Assembly: GCA_034439575.1 (NCBI GenBank)
Contig: JAWXAQ010000030.1
Coordinates: 218,475 to 282,474, forward strand
From: Leptospira sp.
GTDB lineage: Bacteria; Spirochaetota; Leptospiria; Leptospirales; Leptospiraceae
Reading direction: 5' to 3'
Length of the DNA: 64,000 nt
Made by a program: the position numbers and the translations under genes. Positions 10,586 through 20,709 of this stretch are shown here, one piece after another (position 1 is the first letter of the stretch; every line of letters begins with the position of its first letter). The notes under the pieces are model-generated. The model worked only from the letters and a program-made list of their open reading frames with translations, did not search any database and was not told where the DNA came from.

Positions 10586-11603
10586 GTTTTTCTTCTTCAT
10601 TTAATTCCATATTGATTTTCAAAACAAATAATGTGTATTTTAAATTTTTAAAAATTTCTATAAATTTATGTAAGGACTTCCATTTAACCCAGTCTTTTTC
10701 TGTAGTGACGATCACTTCGCCATCCTTTAAGTTTGAAGTAAGACTAATTAATTCATCATCTGTATACGCATAATGATCGGGGAATGTAATTAGATTCATT
10801 TCCATATCGCCAAATGTTTCCAATGCAGATGCGAGAACTGAATTTGGATTTCCAACACCAGTAATAATATTAAGTTTATTTAATTTTTGAACTTCGCCAA
10901 AAATTAATTTTTTCGATGCATTGAATGTAGAATAAAAACAAAGTAATTTTGGATTTATCTTTTTCACACTTGATTCAAATGTTTTGGCATTTGAAATATT
11001 TGCATCGTTAACCTTTGTAAATACGACAAGATCCGCTCTGAGAAGAGATGTTTTTTTTTCACGCAATGTCCCAAGTGGAATGGTAAATCCATTTCCTTCC
11101 GGATCACTGGTATCAATCAAAACAATATCAAAATCTCTCTTTAGTTTGTGATGTTGAAAACCATCATCCAAAATAACTATATGTTTTTTATCATCAATCT
11201 GATTGAATTTTTTGAAACTTTCGATTCTATTTTTTCCGATGATGACTTTTACATTTGGATGCGTAATCTTATGTAACAAAGGTTCATCGCCCACTTCATT
11301 CGGAAGAGAATCTACTTTTACAATTGCCCCATCTTTTGAATGTAAGGCTTTGTAACCTCGGCTTAGAACGGTTATTTGGTAATTTGGAAATTTTTCATTT
11401 ATGATTTTGATCAAATATTGAACAAAAGGTGTTTTCCCTGTCCCACCCATAGTTAAATTTCCAACACTGATCACCAAACAAGAGCCTAGCTTTTGCGCAT
11501 TGGCTCTTTTGCGATCTACAAAAAATAACAGCTGATAAATATAAGATAGGGGGGAAAGTGTCCATAATAAAACTCTAAGAAAGAATGAAATTATGGACTT
11601 CAT
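10527..11603 (-). CDS. lpxK: Tetraacyldisaccharide 4'-kinase
   Basis: VGNLTMGGTGKTP, LSRGYK, GDEP, LDDGFQH, FPDHY, TTEKD. Confidence 0.96.
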   Translation of the reverse strand: MKSIISFFLRVLLWTLSPLSYIYQLLFFVDRKRANAQKLGSCLVISVGNLTMGGTGKTPFVQYLIKIINEKFPNYQITVLSRGYKALHSKDGAIVKVDSLPNEVGDEPLLHKITHPNVKVIIGKNRIESFKKFNQIDDKKHIVILDDGFQHHKLKRDFDIVLIDTSDPEGNGFTIPLGTLREKKTSLLRADLVVFTKVNDANISNAKTFESSVKKINPKLLCFYSTFNASKKLIFGEVQKLNKLNIITGVGNPNSVLASALETFGDMEMNLITFPDHYAYTDDELISLTSNLKDGEVIVTTEKDWVKWKSLHKFIEIFKNLKYTLFVLKINMELNEEEKLKRLLDSLVSNYEKEISQV

Positions 11604-11616
11604 GAAAATTAGAAAT

Positions 11617-11895
11617 TTAGCTATGTCGTTTTTCTAATTCTTTGGATATGATATCTAAGTTAAGACCTTTTTCGACGAGTAAGACTTCGATATGAAAAAT
11701 AAGGTCTGCGATCTCATGAATTAACTCTTTTTCATTTGTATTTTTGGCGGCAATGATGACTTCACTTGCCTCTTCGCCGATCTTTTTTAAAATTCTATCG
11801 ACTCCATCGCGAAATAACTCTGCTGTATAAGATTTATCCGGTAACTCGGCTTTACGTTTGCGAAGAACTTCTTCTAATTTGATTAAAAATTCCAT
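11617..11895 (-). CDS. hisE: Phosphoribosyl-ATP diphosphatase
   Basis: [29 protein letters not shown]. Confidence 0.95.
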   Translation of the reverse strand: MEFLIKLEEVLRKRKAELPDKSYTAELFRDGVDRILKKIGEEASEVIIAAKNTNEKELIHEIADLIFHIEVLLVEKGLNLDIISKELEKRHS

Positions 11896-11985
11896 AATTT
11901 GATTTCTCTCTACCAGTGAAATTCCAGACTAAAAATCCAAAAAGCGAAAATTACCTATTGAGTAGATTTCAAATGGGTCGAGAGT

Positions 11986-12822
11986 ATGCTTATGAGACAA
12001 TTTTTTAGATTTTTATTGATCTCATTCCTATCCTTCACCCTTCCCATTTTTTCGGATACGAATTGGGAGTCCTCAATCCAATCAGCTATGACTCGGTCAA
12101 AGTTGGAAAAAAAACCGATATTGATAGATTTGTATGCAGATTGGTGTACTTATTGCAAAATTCTAGAAAAGGAAATTTTTCCAGATCCAGAAGTCGCCAA
12201 AATATTAGAATCTTTTGTGACGGTGCGTTTGGATGGAGAAGAATATCCAAATCTTCGAAAAAAATATGGTGTCGAAGGTTACCCAACGATCTTATTTATA
12301 GATAGCGAGACAAATTATCTAAATAAAATCTCGGGGCTCGCCACAAAACCAATGGTAATGAGAGTAGCAAAACTTGTGCTAGCCGAACCAGATATCGAAG
12401 TATCCCTCAAAAAAACATTAGAAAAGAATCCCGAGTCAGCCCTAACTTATTTTCGTTTAGGGACACTTTACTACCAAAGAAAGGATTTCCCTTCTGCTAA
12501 AAATCAATTTTTAGCAGCTATTCGATTTGCAAAAAATAATGAGCAAAAAATTAAAGAAGACTCGTCATTTAATTTAGGAATTATCTATATTCAAGAAACT
12601 GCATGGTCACAGGCCATTGAAATTTGGAAGTCATTTATAGCTAGTTATCCAAAATCAAATAACTTCAATTCTGCGAACATCTATTATGGAATTTCTCTCA
12701 AAGAAGCTGGAGAGCGAAAATTAGCATCTCATATCTTACAATCTGTGAGACCCAAACTCACAGATGTGGATGATATCGAAACTGTAGATCAAACTTTGGA
12801 AGAAATAAGAAAAGGTTTCTAA
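11986..12822 (+). CDS. Exported thioredoxin-fold protein with C-terminal TPRs
   Basis: Signal peptide, WCTYC active site, GYPT cis-Pro loop, TPR-like helices (YFRLGTLYY, FNLGIIY). Confidence 0.85.
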   Translation: MLMRQFFRFLLISFLSFTLPIFSDTNWESSIQSAMTRSKLEKKPILIDLYADWCTYCKILEKEIFPDPEVAKILESFVTVRLDGEEYPNLRKKYGVEGYPTILFIDSETNYLNKISGLATKPMVMRVAKLVLAEPDIEVSLKKTLEKNPESALTYFRLGTLYYQRKDFPSAKNQFLAAIRFAKNNEQKIKEDSSFNLGIIYIQETAWSQAIEIWKSFIASYPKSNNFNSANIYYGISLKEAGERKLASHILQSVRPKLTDVDDIETVDQTLEEIRKGF

Positions 12823-14123
12823 CGATTTCCGATCGAAAAATAACTGTATCCTATCTCTTTCATATAAGCGGGTTTGTATTGGTTCCTACCATCAAAGATA
12901 AGTGGAGTTTTTAATATTGATTTCATTCTATCAAAATCAGGTTCCCTAAACTCTCTCCATTCAGTTAACAAAAGCAAGGCGTCAGCTCCTTGGATCGCCG
13001 AATAAGGGTCTTTTTTATATTCAATTTTACCATCAAAATAATACTTTGATGTTTCCATTGCCGCGGGATCAAAAGCTTGGATCTTAGCTCCATTTTTATG
13101 AAGTTCATAAATCAATGGAATCGATGGAGCTTCTCGCATATCATCTGTTCCAGGCTTAAAAGAAAGTCCCCAAACTCCAAAAGTTTTTCCCTTCATATCT
13201 GAAGTTTTATAATATTCGAAAATTTTATCCGTCAAACGAGTCTTTTGTTTTTCGTTTACATCTTCTACTGATTGAATGATATTCATAGTAGAATTAAATT
13301 GTTCTGCAGTACGAAGAAGAGCCCGAACATCCTTTGGAAAACAAGAACCACCATATCCGATTCCTGCATATAAGAACTGCCTGCCAATACGAGAATCAGT
13401 TCCCATACCCTTTCTTACATCTTCAAAATTGGCACCAACCGCATCACATAAATTAGCAATTTCATTCACAAAAGAAATTTTGGTAGCAAGAAAGGCGTTA
13501 CATGCGTACTTTGTGAGCTCAGCACTCCGTATACCCATCGTTAGTATGGGGTTTCCGTTTAATACAAATGGAGAATACAATTCACTCATTTTTTTGGCAG
13601 CTTTTTCAGATTCGGCACCGATCACAACTCTTTCTGGGCGCATAAAATCATCAATGGCTGCACCTTCTTTTAAAAATTCAGGATTTGAGACAACATCAAA
13701 AGGATGTTTCGTGTGTTTTGCGATGATTTCTTTGACTTGGTCTGCAGTACCCACTGGAACAGTTGATTTATCCACGATTATTTTATAGCCGTTCATCGCT
13801 TTTCCCACTTCTTCTGCGACCCCGAATACAAAACGCAAGTCCGCCGAACCATTGTCAGATGTAGGAGTCCCAACAGCGATAAAAACAAATTCTGATTTTT
13901 CTACACCATCTTTTAAGGAGGTTGTAAAATGAAGTCTGCCTTCACTATGATTTCGTTTCACAAGTTCCGATAGCCCTGGTTCATAAATGGGGATGATTCC
14001 ATTTTTCAGATCAGAGATCTTTTTTTCATCTTTATCGATACAGATCACTTCATTACCGTATTCGGCAAAACAAGTACCCGCTACAAGACCTACATAACCA
14101 GTTCCAACTACGCAAACTTTCAT
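12819..14123 (-). CDS. ugd: UDP-glucose 6-dehydrogenase
   Basis: GTGYVGL, IAVGTP, KSTVPVGT, NPEFLKEG, GYGGSCFPKD, FKPGTDDMR. Confidence 0.95.
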   Translation of the reverse strand: MKVCVVGTGYVGLVAGTCFAEYGNEVICIDKDEKKISDLKNGIIPIYEPGLSELVKRNHSEGRLHFTTSLKDGVEKSEFVFIAVGTPTSDNGSADLRFVFGVAEEVGKAMNGYKIIVDKSTVPVGTADQVKEIIAKHTKHPFDVVSNPEFLKEGAAIDDFMRPERVVIGAESEKAAKKMSELYSPFVLNGNPILTMGIRSAELTKYACNAFLATKISFVNEIANLCDAVGANFEDVRKGMGTDSRIGRQFLYAGIGYGGSCFPKDVRALLRTAEQFNSTMNIIQSVEDVNEKQKTRLTDKIFEYYKTSDMKGKTFGVWGLSFKPGTDDMREAPSIPLIYELHKNGAKIQAFDPAAMETSKYYFDGKIEYKKDPYSAIQGADALLLLTEWREFREPDFDRMKSILKTPLIFDGRNQYKPAYMKEIGYSYFSIGNR

Positions 14124-14168
14124 ACTGCCTCCAGACTTTTATATTTTCTTTTTTCGGAAACTGTTTTT

Positions 14169-15374
14169 CTAAGACAGAATCTGCGATTCTACAGAAACAG
14201 GTAGGTAAACAATGCCGACAGAACGAGGCAAATTGACTCGTTCCACTTCAAAATTATATATCGATTCCATCCATAAATAACTACCTTCTACGTGACTTGC
14301 ACCTTTATGAAGGGCAATGCTGATACTGTATTTTCCTTCTTTAAACTGGACAGGGAAAGAGAATGAAACACGAACCAGATCATTTTTGGCGACAGTCAAC
14401 TGTGGTGAACCAAGAAGATTTGTATTTGTTCCAAAGATGCGAATCCCTTTCTCATCATCGATATGAAATCCCACAGTCAGCAAATCCATAACTTCTGCCG
14501 CCCGAAACAAAATTTCCAATTCTATAGAATCATTTACGAACGTTAGGTTATTTAATTTTTGGCCCGATTTTTTCAAAGAAACATCGAGAGACGTGATATA
14601 ATTTCCAAATTTTGATTTATCTAATTGTTTATCAGAACTCATTTCTGAATTTCCGAGTAATAACATATACGACTCAATTCCTTTTTTTGTCTCTCCATCA
14701 AACAAGAGTTTACCGCGTTCTAATAATATGACCCGCGAACAAAAGTGAGAAACCAAACTCAAATCATGACTGACAAAAAGTACAATCGAACCTGCTTTCA
14801 AAAAATTTTCGAATCGTTTGAGACACTTTTGTTGGAACTGTGCATCCCCTACTGCAAGGGCCTCATCCACAATTAGAATATCTGGTCGTACCGCCGTTGC
14901 CAGACTAAACCCGAGACGCATCGCCATACCTGAACTATAATTTTTAAGAGGGACATTTCTAAATTCTTGCAAATTTGCAAATTCGAAAATTTCATCCATA
15001 AGGCTTTTGATTTGTTTCGGATTGTATCCCCAAACGAGCCCGTTATAATAAATATTTTCTTCACCCGACAATTCGGAATTAAATCCCACACTCAATTCCA
15101 ATAATGCGCGTATTGATCCACTAACATTGAGTATGCCTTTTTCTGCTTTTGTGACTCCGGCTATTAATTTTAAGAGTGTAGATTTACCAGCACCATTTTT
15201 ACCAATGATGCCTAATGATTCTCCAGATTTTACGGTTAGGTTAATATTATCTAAGGCAAGAAAATGTGTATCGATGCCAAAGTATCCAAAGGACAATCCA
15301 GCGATAATTCTATGAATAGGTTTTGAGAATCCCGAATATTCCTTGGTTAAATTAGATAATTGGATCATTCCCAT
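14169..15374 (-). CDS. wzt: Polysaccharide ABC exporter ATPase with Wzt C-terminal domain
   Basis: GKNGAGKST, YSSGMAMRL, DEALAVGD, C-terminal IFGTNT...GKYSISIALH. Confidence 0.9.
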   Translation of the reverse strand: MGMIQLSNLTKEYSGFSKPIHRIIAGLSFGYFGIDTHFLALDNINLTVKSGESLGIIGKNGAGKSTLLKLIAGVTKAEKGILNVSGSIRALLELSVGFNSELSGEENIYYNGLVWGYNPKQIKSLMDEIFEFANLQEFRNVPLKNYSSGMAMRLGFSLATAVRPDILIVDEALAVGDAQFQQKCLKRFENFLKAGSIVLFVSHDLSLVSHFCSRVILLERGKLLFDGETKKGIESYMLLLGNSEMSSDKQLDKSKFGNYITSLDVSLKKSGQKLNNLTFVNDSIELEILFRAAEVMDLLTVGFHIDDEKGIRIFGTNTNLLGSPQLTVAKNDLVRVSFSFPVQFKEGKYSISIALHKGASHVEGSYLWMESIYNFEVERVNLPRSVGIVYLPVSVESQILS

Positions 15375-15378
15375 ACTT

Positions 15379-16128
15379 TTATAAGTGGTCTAGTATGACG
15401 GATTGAAATTTTCTCTTAGCGAGTAAAAAAACCAATATAAAAGAAAACAAAAATGGAAAAATTCCTATCCAATCAAATTGAGGTTCATATCCGCGAATTA
15501 CTAAAGTACGGAAAATATCCAAAGGTACATTTAATGGGTTCAAAATATTGATTTCTCTAAGAAATCCTTTTGGGTAATAGAGCACGGGTATCCCCCAGAA
15601 CAAAACTTGGCTCACCAAACGGATTAATGGCGATATATCCTTTAGCAATACATTTAGACGTGAAAGATAATGTAAAAAAAGTAAAAGATACATCCCGACA
15701 AAAAAAAGACAAATAAGGCCAGTGAAAATACCAGAATAATTTAATTTATCATAATATACTAAAAATATAAATACAGGTATCGAAGTGACAATTACGTGAA
15801 TTAAGTATTGCACAAATGGTATCCAGATAAATAAATCTAAACCCAAAGATGATCTTTTCAGTAGAGAGCGATTGTCCGTTAATATACTTGTTCCTCTAAC
15901 CAAAAACTCCTGTAAAGGGATCCAAAACAAAAGTCCGCACAAAAGATAGGCGGTGAAATCATCTTGTGTATTTGGTGTTTTTAGATTTAAAAAAAGAAAA
16001 ACCACAGCATATAGAGAAATTAAAACCAAATTTTGTAAGAACATCCAAGAGATTCCAAGGAAGGATCCAGCATACTGCAGAGCATAATCCCTTCGGACGA
16101 GTGCCCAAAGGATATAGAGTTTTTCCAT
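15379..16128 (-). CDS. wzm: Polysaccharide ABC exporter permease
   Basis: LVRRDYALQYAGSFLGISW, KDI, PVLY, LNPL; about 6 TM helices. Likely start is the ATG at 16128. Confidence 0.88.
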   Translation of the reverse strand: MEKLYILWALVRRDYALQYAGSFLGISWMFLQNLVLISLYAVVFLFLNLKTPNTQDDFTAYLLCGLLFWIPLQEFLVRGTSILTDNRSLLKRSSLGLDLFIWIPFVQYLIHVIVTSIPVFIFLVYYDKLNYSGIFTGLICLFFVGMYLLLFLHYLSRLNVLLKDISPLIRLVSQVLFWGIPVLYYPKGFLREINILNPLNVPLDIFRTLVIRGYEPQFDWIGIFPFLFSFILVFLLAKRKFQSVILDHL

Positions 16129-16256
16129 ATATATATTTTCGGAGACTGGGATGCCTATCTGCAATGCCCGTTCACGAAAATCTGTACCGTACGAACTCTG
16201 GTCTTGTTTTAGACTTTAAAATGAATTTAAGTGAGACGATAACAAACGTAATTTAA

Positions 16257-16400
16257 GAATTCGGATGTATTTCTCATTTAGCGAGGCGAAACATTTAGAG
16301 TGAACTGCTACCGGGTCGCATATGCCTCTGAAGCGACCTTAAAGCTTGGTACCCCCTACATAGCGGTGTAGAGGGTTCTCATACCAGCCAAATTTGGCTG
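16257..16400. ncRNA. Candidate structured RNA (some 6S-like motifs on the + strand)
   Basis: GC-richer than its flanks, with nested stems GGTCGC/GCGACC, TACC/GGTA and CTACAT/GTGTAG, plus the perfect palindrome CAGCCAAATTTGGCTG. Confidence 0.3.
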
Positions 16401-16401
16401 A

Positions 16402-16617
16402 TTAAAGTCTCTTCAGGTTTCTTTGGCCCATTTCGGAGAGTTTTGGGGAAACCCAATCTCCTTTCTGAACCACTTCCCCTTGGAAGGCTTCTGTCAGATA
16501 CTCTTCAAAGGTCTTACCCTGAGAAGACTGGGAAAATCCCTTCTTAGGACCTTGTCCTGCGAGGCCACTCTCTTTGTGGCGGTTGTAAGCGGGTTGATGG
16601 ATGGATCTAACGATCAT
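16402..16617 (-). CDS. Small hypothetical protein
   Basis: 71-aa ORF with a strong SD (GGGGAGGA) upstream of the ATG. Confidence 0.75.
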   Translation of the reverse strand: MIVRSIHQPAYNRHKESGLAGQGPKKGFSQSSQGKTFEEYLTEAFQGEVVQKGDWVSPKLSEMGQRNLKRL

Positions 16618-16694
16618 ATTTTATTCCTCCCCGTCGCCTAATTAGACGACATAAAACTAAAAAATAGTACCAATAATTTACTATACGCTTGTTT

Positions 16695-16725
16695 ACACTA
16701 CTTAACATCCGAGAAGTTAAGTCAA
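16695..16725 (-). promoter_or_regulatory. Putative sigma70 promoter with 19-bp spacer containing a dyad
   Basis: TTGACT-N19-TAGTGT; inverted repeat ACTTAAC-N9-GTTAAGT at 16700-16722. Confidence 0.4.
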
Positions 16726-16894
16726 TGTTTTTTCGCATTCTTTATCGGTTTCTAAATACTACTTTAGCAATTCGATGAGACAAAATACCGACTTCCGCCT
16801 AATTTTTTTTTCAAAGAAGCAAATTATGCCTCATAAGCTTTAGAATAGCAAGTGAATTTAGGGACAAATATAAGAATTTGAACCCTTTTTCAGG

Positions 16895-18450
16895 GTGAAA
16901 GTCTCAAATAAGGCCAATTGGTCTTTGATCCTTGTCTTTATTTTACTTTTATTTTATGAAAGTACGGATCTCTGGTCTGAAAAGATTTACCCATTTTCAG
17001 CCAGTTTTTGGTTCAAAGAAGGTTTTAGCCTGGAAGAATCTGCAAAATTAACGCAAGCCAGTGGCAAAACGAAAGAAGAATTCCGAATTTGGCTCGATAG
17101 TTGGGAAAACAAAAAAAGAAACAAAGTATTAGCAATCCTTAGGCGAGAAAATATTATTTTAGTAGAACAAAAATCCAGAAATAAAACAGACAAAGATCAC
17201 CAAAAAAATTCTTCAACTAACGGAAATTTGAATGATAAAAAACTAAATATAAAAAGAGAGGGTTTTTTTTTATCGGAGGGAGTTACCAAAATATTGATTC
17301 AAGGTATATGCCTTTGGAATTGAGAAATCATTCCTCTGTATTCATTGGACAACAAACAGAAAGTATACGTTGGAGTCTTGAAAAAAGAGATAACAAATTA
17401 GTTGGCAGTGCCAGTTTGGAACACAAAATCTTTCATGTGCATTTGGGAAATCGATATAAACCTTTACCAAATTTTTATTTTGCAAAAGATCAAAATTTTT
17501 TTTCCAACTTTGATCATAAAGATTCACACCTTCCTCAGCCATTAAACGAATCCTATTTTGCTGGTATAAAAGTAAGTCCATCAAATCCATTTTTTTTACT
17601 TGGTGTTTATTCTGCTAAATCAGTATCCCAGGAACCAGGTGTTTATTTAGTGAGTGTGGATAAAAAATATTCCATGACTTGGTCACCTTACAGTCGTATT
17701 GGTAGTTTTTATATAAATGAAACAAAGAATTTTGCAGATTGGAAATTAAATTTGCAAGGCGAAGTTTTTGGTAGAAATGATAATTTTATTGGCTTTGCCT
17801 ATTTACGGGGCCAATCGGAAAAGCTCAATCTGAAAGTAGATGCCACAACATTTAGAGATAACCAGTTATTATCTGTTCCAACTTCGGAAATGGTGGATAA
17901 AAACACAGTCAAACAAGATTTAGGTTATAGTCGATTGCGGTATCGTGAATATTTTGTTCTGGAAGGCCTAACATCCCGCGAAGGATTGCGAATCGAACAG
18001 GGATATGGTCTGCAAGTTCCACTCATTTTTGGAGAGTATGGTGCGATTGCGGTAAGATACAGAAATTACAATGAAAATGGATTTTATGAAGATTTACAAA
18101 TCGGACGTGGACTTTTTTATGAATACAGAAAGGACAAAACAACGATTAGTCTAGGAGGCGAAAAAAGAGGAAACGTCTATCAAAATGAAGGAAAAATTGC
18201 TTATGCTCTCAATCAAAATTATTATATCGAATTTAGTTGTATTTATAGAGATTCAGGAATCAAAATGCGTTCATGGTTCGAGAACTGGAGTTATGCGACA
18301 GATTTTAATGTAAATTTAATTGACCGAAAAGAAATATGGAAAGTAAAATTTATTGGAAAAGATTTGGCTTTGAATGTAAGTATTTCCGAAAAAATGGATT
18401 CACCAACTTATATATATTATGCTAATTTTCAATTTAATTATCGTTTTTGA
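16895..18450 (+). pseudogene. Putative outer-membrane beta-barrel protein split into two ORFs (16895..17323 and 17308..18450) at a T9 tract
   Basis: ORF1 has a signal peptide. ORF2 has none but shows alternating beta-strands and ends YANFQFNYRF. Adding one T to the T9 at 17263-17271 joins the two frames. Confidence 0.55.
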
Positions 18451-18507
18451 ATTTAAAAAACTTCGCTAATTTGAATGGCAAAACATTTTGAATTGGACAA
18501 TTTATTT

Positions 18508-19050
18508 TTAATAAAGCATTTCATCCGAATATATTTCCGTAAAATTAAGCAATTTAAAAATAGGGATCGACTGCAGATCAATAAATTCTTCGGGTTTAGC
18601 AGGAAGAAGTTTTTTTTCTGAGAAAGATTTCCTTCGTCCCCTTTCATCAATCGGGAAAAAATAAAAACCAGTCCATTCCCCTTTTATCAAATATGGATTT
18701 CCAGGAAATAGATGTTTTACAAATTCTTCGCCATCCGAATCAAATTTGTTTCGCCTATACCTGTAGTGAATCTCATGTCCATTCCAATCGTAAAACACAG
18801 CGAAGTCGCCTTCTTTTGCTTTAAAAAATAATTTCCATTCAGAAGGAAAAACACCCTTCTCTTTGAATTCTAATTTTCCATCGGAAATTCTTTTTTCATT
18901 CAGAGATATTGGATGCGTATATCTTTCTCCTTTATTCTGAGAAGATAATGGGACTGAGAATTGAAAAATGAATAGATAGAATAGTAAATTATGAAGACTA
19001 TAAGTCAAAAATTGTCTATTTAAAAGAATTCCGTATAACATAAGTTTCAT
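18508..19050 (-). CDS. Hypothetical exported protein
   Basis: Hydrophobic N-terminal segment; overlaps the stop of the upstream HEAT gene by 4 nt. Confidence 0.65.
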   Translation of the reverse strand: MKLMLYGILLNRQFLTYSLHNLLFYLFIFQFSVPLSSQNKGERYTHPISLNEKRISDGKLEFKEKGVFPSEWKLFFKAKEGDFAVFYDWNGHEIHYRYRRNKFDSDGEEFVKHLFPGNPYLIKGEWTGFYFFPIDERGRRKSFSEKKLLPAKPEEFIDLQSIPIFKLLNFTEIYSDEMLY

Positions 19051-20190
19051 TTATCAGAAGTTTGGTCTTTTTCGACGGCTTCTTCTTCCTCTTCACTTGG
19101 TGTTATCTCTTTGCCTTGGATCTGATCGATAGCTTTTTTGGCCGCTTTTTGTACTTTAGGACTTGGGTCTCTATCGCGTTTGTATTCCAAAAGCTCCAAT
19201 GCTGCTGGATCTTTCATATTTCCCATATATTCAATGACTCTTAGTCTCACGTACGCATCATCATCGCGCGCAAATTCATTTAACTCTTTAATGATTTCTT
19301 TATCACCAAGTAAGACAAGTGCTCCAATCGTATAAATTTTCAGAGATTGGGCTTTTTTTCCATCTAGTTTGCCAGATGTTTTTTTCAAAGAATCCAATAG
19401 TTCAAATAACTTGGGTTTCGCGGATTGTGATTTAATTTTACCCAAAGCATTGATAGAGTAACAGCGTAAAGTCGTAGGCATCAAATCATCAAATGCTACA
19501 TCTTGTAATATAGAATCTGCGCTCCCATCTGCTACAGAACCAAAATACAATGCTATCTGTGCACGCATATCGCTATGATTGAATTTTTCACGGAACTTTG
19601 CCTGTAAAAATGGGGAAGCATCCTTTCCATTGGGCAATTCAGAGAGCGCATTGATATATAAAGTAACCGCATTGGAATTTTTTGTAAAATCCTCTTTCTT
19701 TAATTTTTCAATCAAAGGTGGTACGGCATCTTGTAATTTTAATTTTTTCGCAGTTGAAACTGCTTGTTTTGAAACATCTTCGTTTGGATCGTCAAACAAA
19801 AGTATAACGGAATCCTTGTATTCTACCAAATTTAATTCGGAAACAGTTCGAAGTATGACGATCTTCATACCTAAATCTTTTTCCGTTTTTAACATTTCGC
19901 CGAGATAAGTATATAGTTCTTTTGCATGTTCTTTTGGAAAGTGAATGAGCTCAAATAACGCTTGTTTGCGTTCTTGGGATGTGCCATATCTTAATACTTT
20001 TGATAGAACAGATTTTTTTTTATCAATTTGTTCCGTACTTAGTTCTTTTGCTTTTGGCTTAGAGCCAGGTTTGGCTTCATCTAACTTGGGTAGAGTAGTC
20101 TCATTATCTTTGATTGTAGAAGGTTTTGATTGTGAAAAGATAGGTGCGGAAAAAAGAAGGGATGAGAAAAAAAAGAAATAGATTAGGGTC

Positions 20191-20661
<471 letters not shown>

Positions 20662-20709
20662 TCTGACCCCCTAGTTCCATTATCAGTCCTAGTTCACTGC
20701 TTTGTCGAT

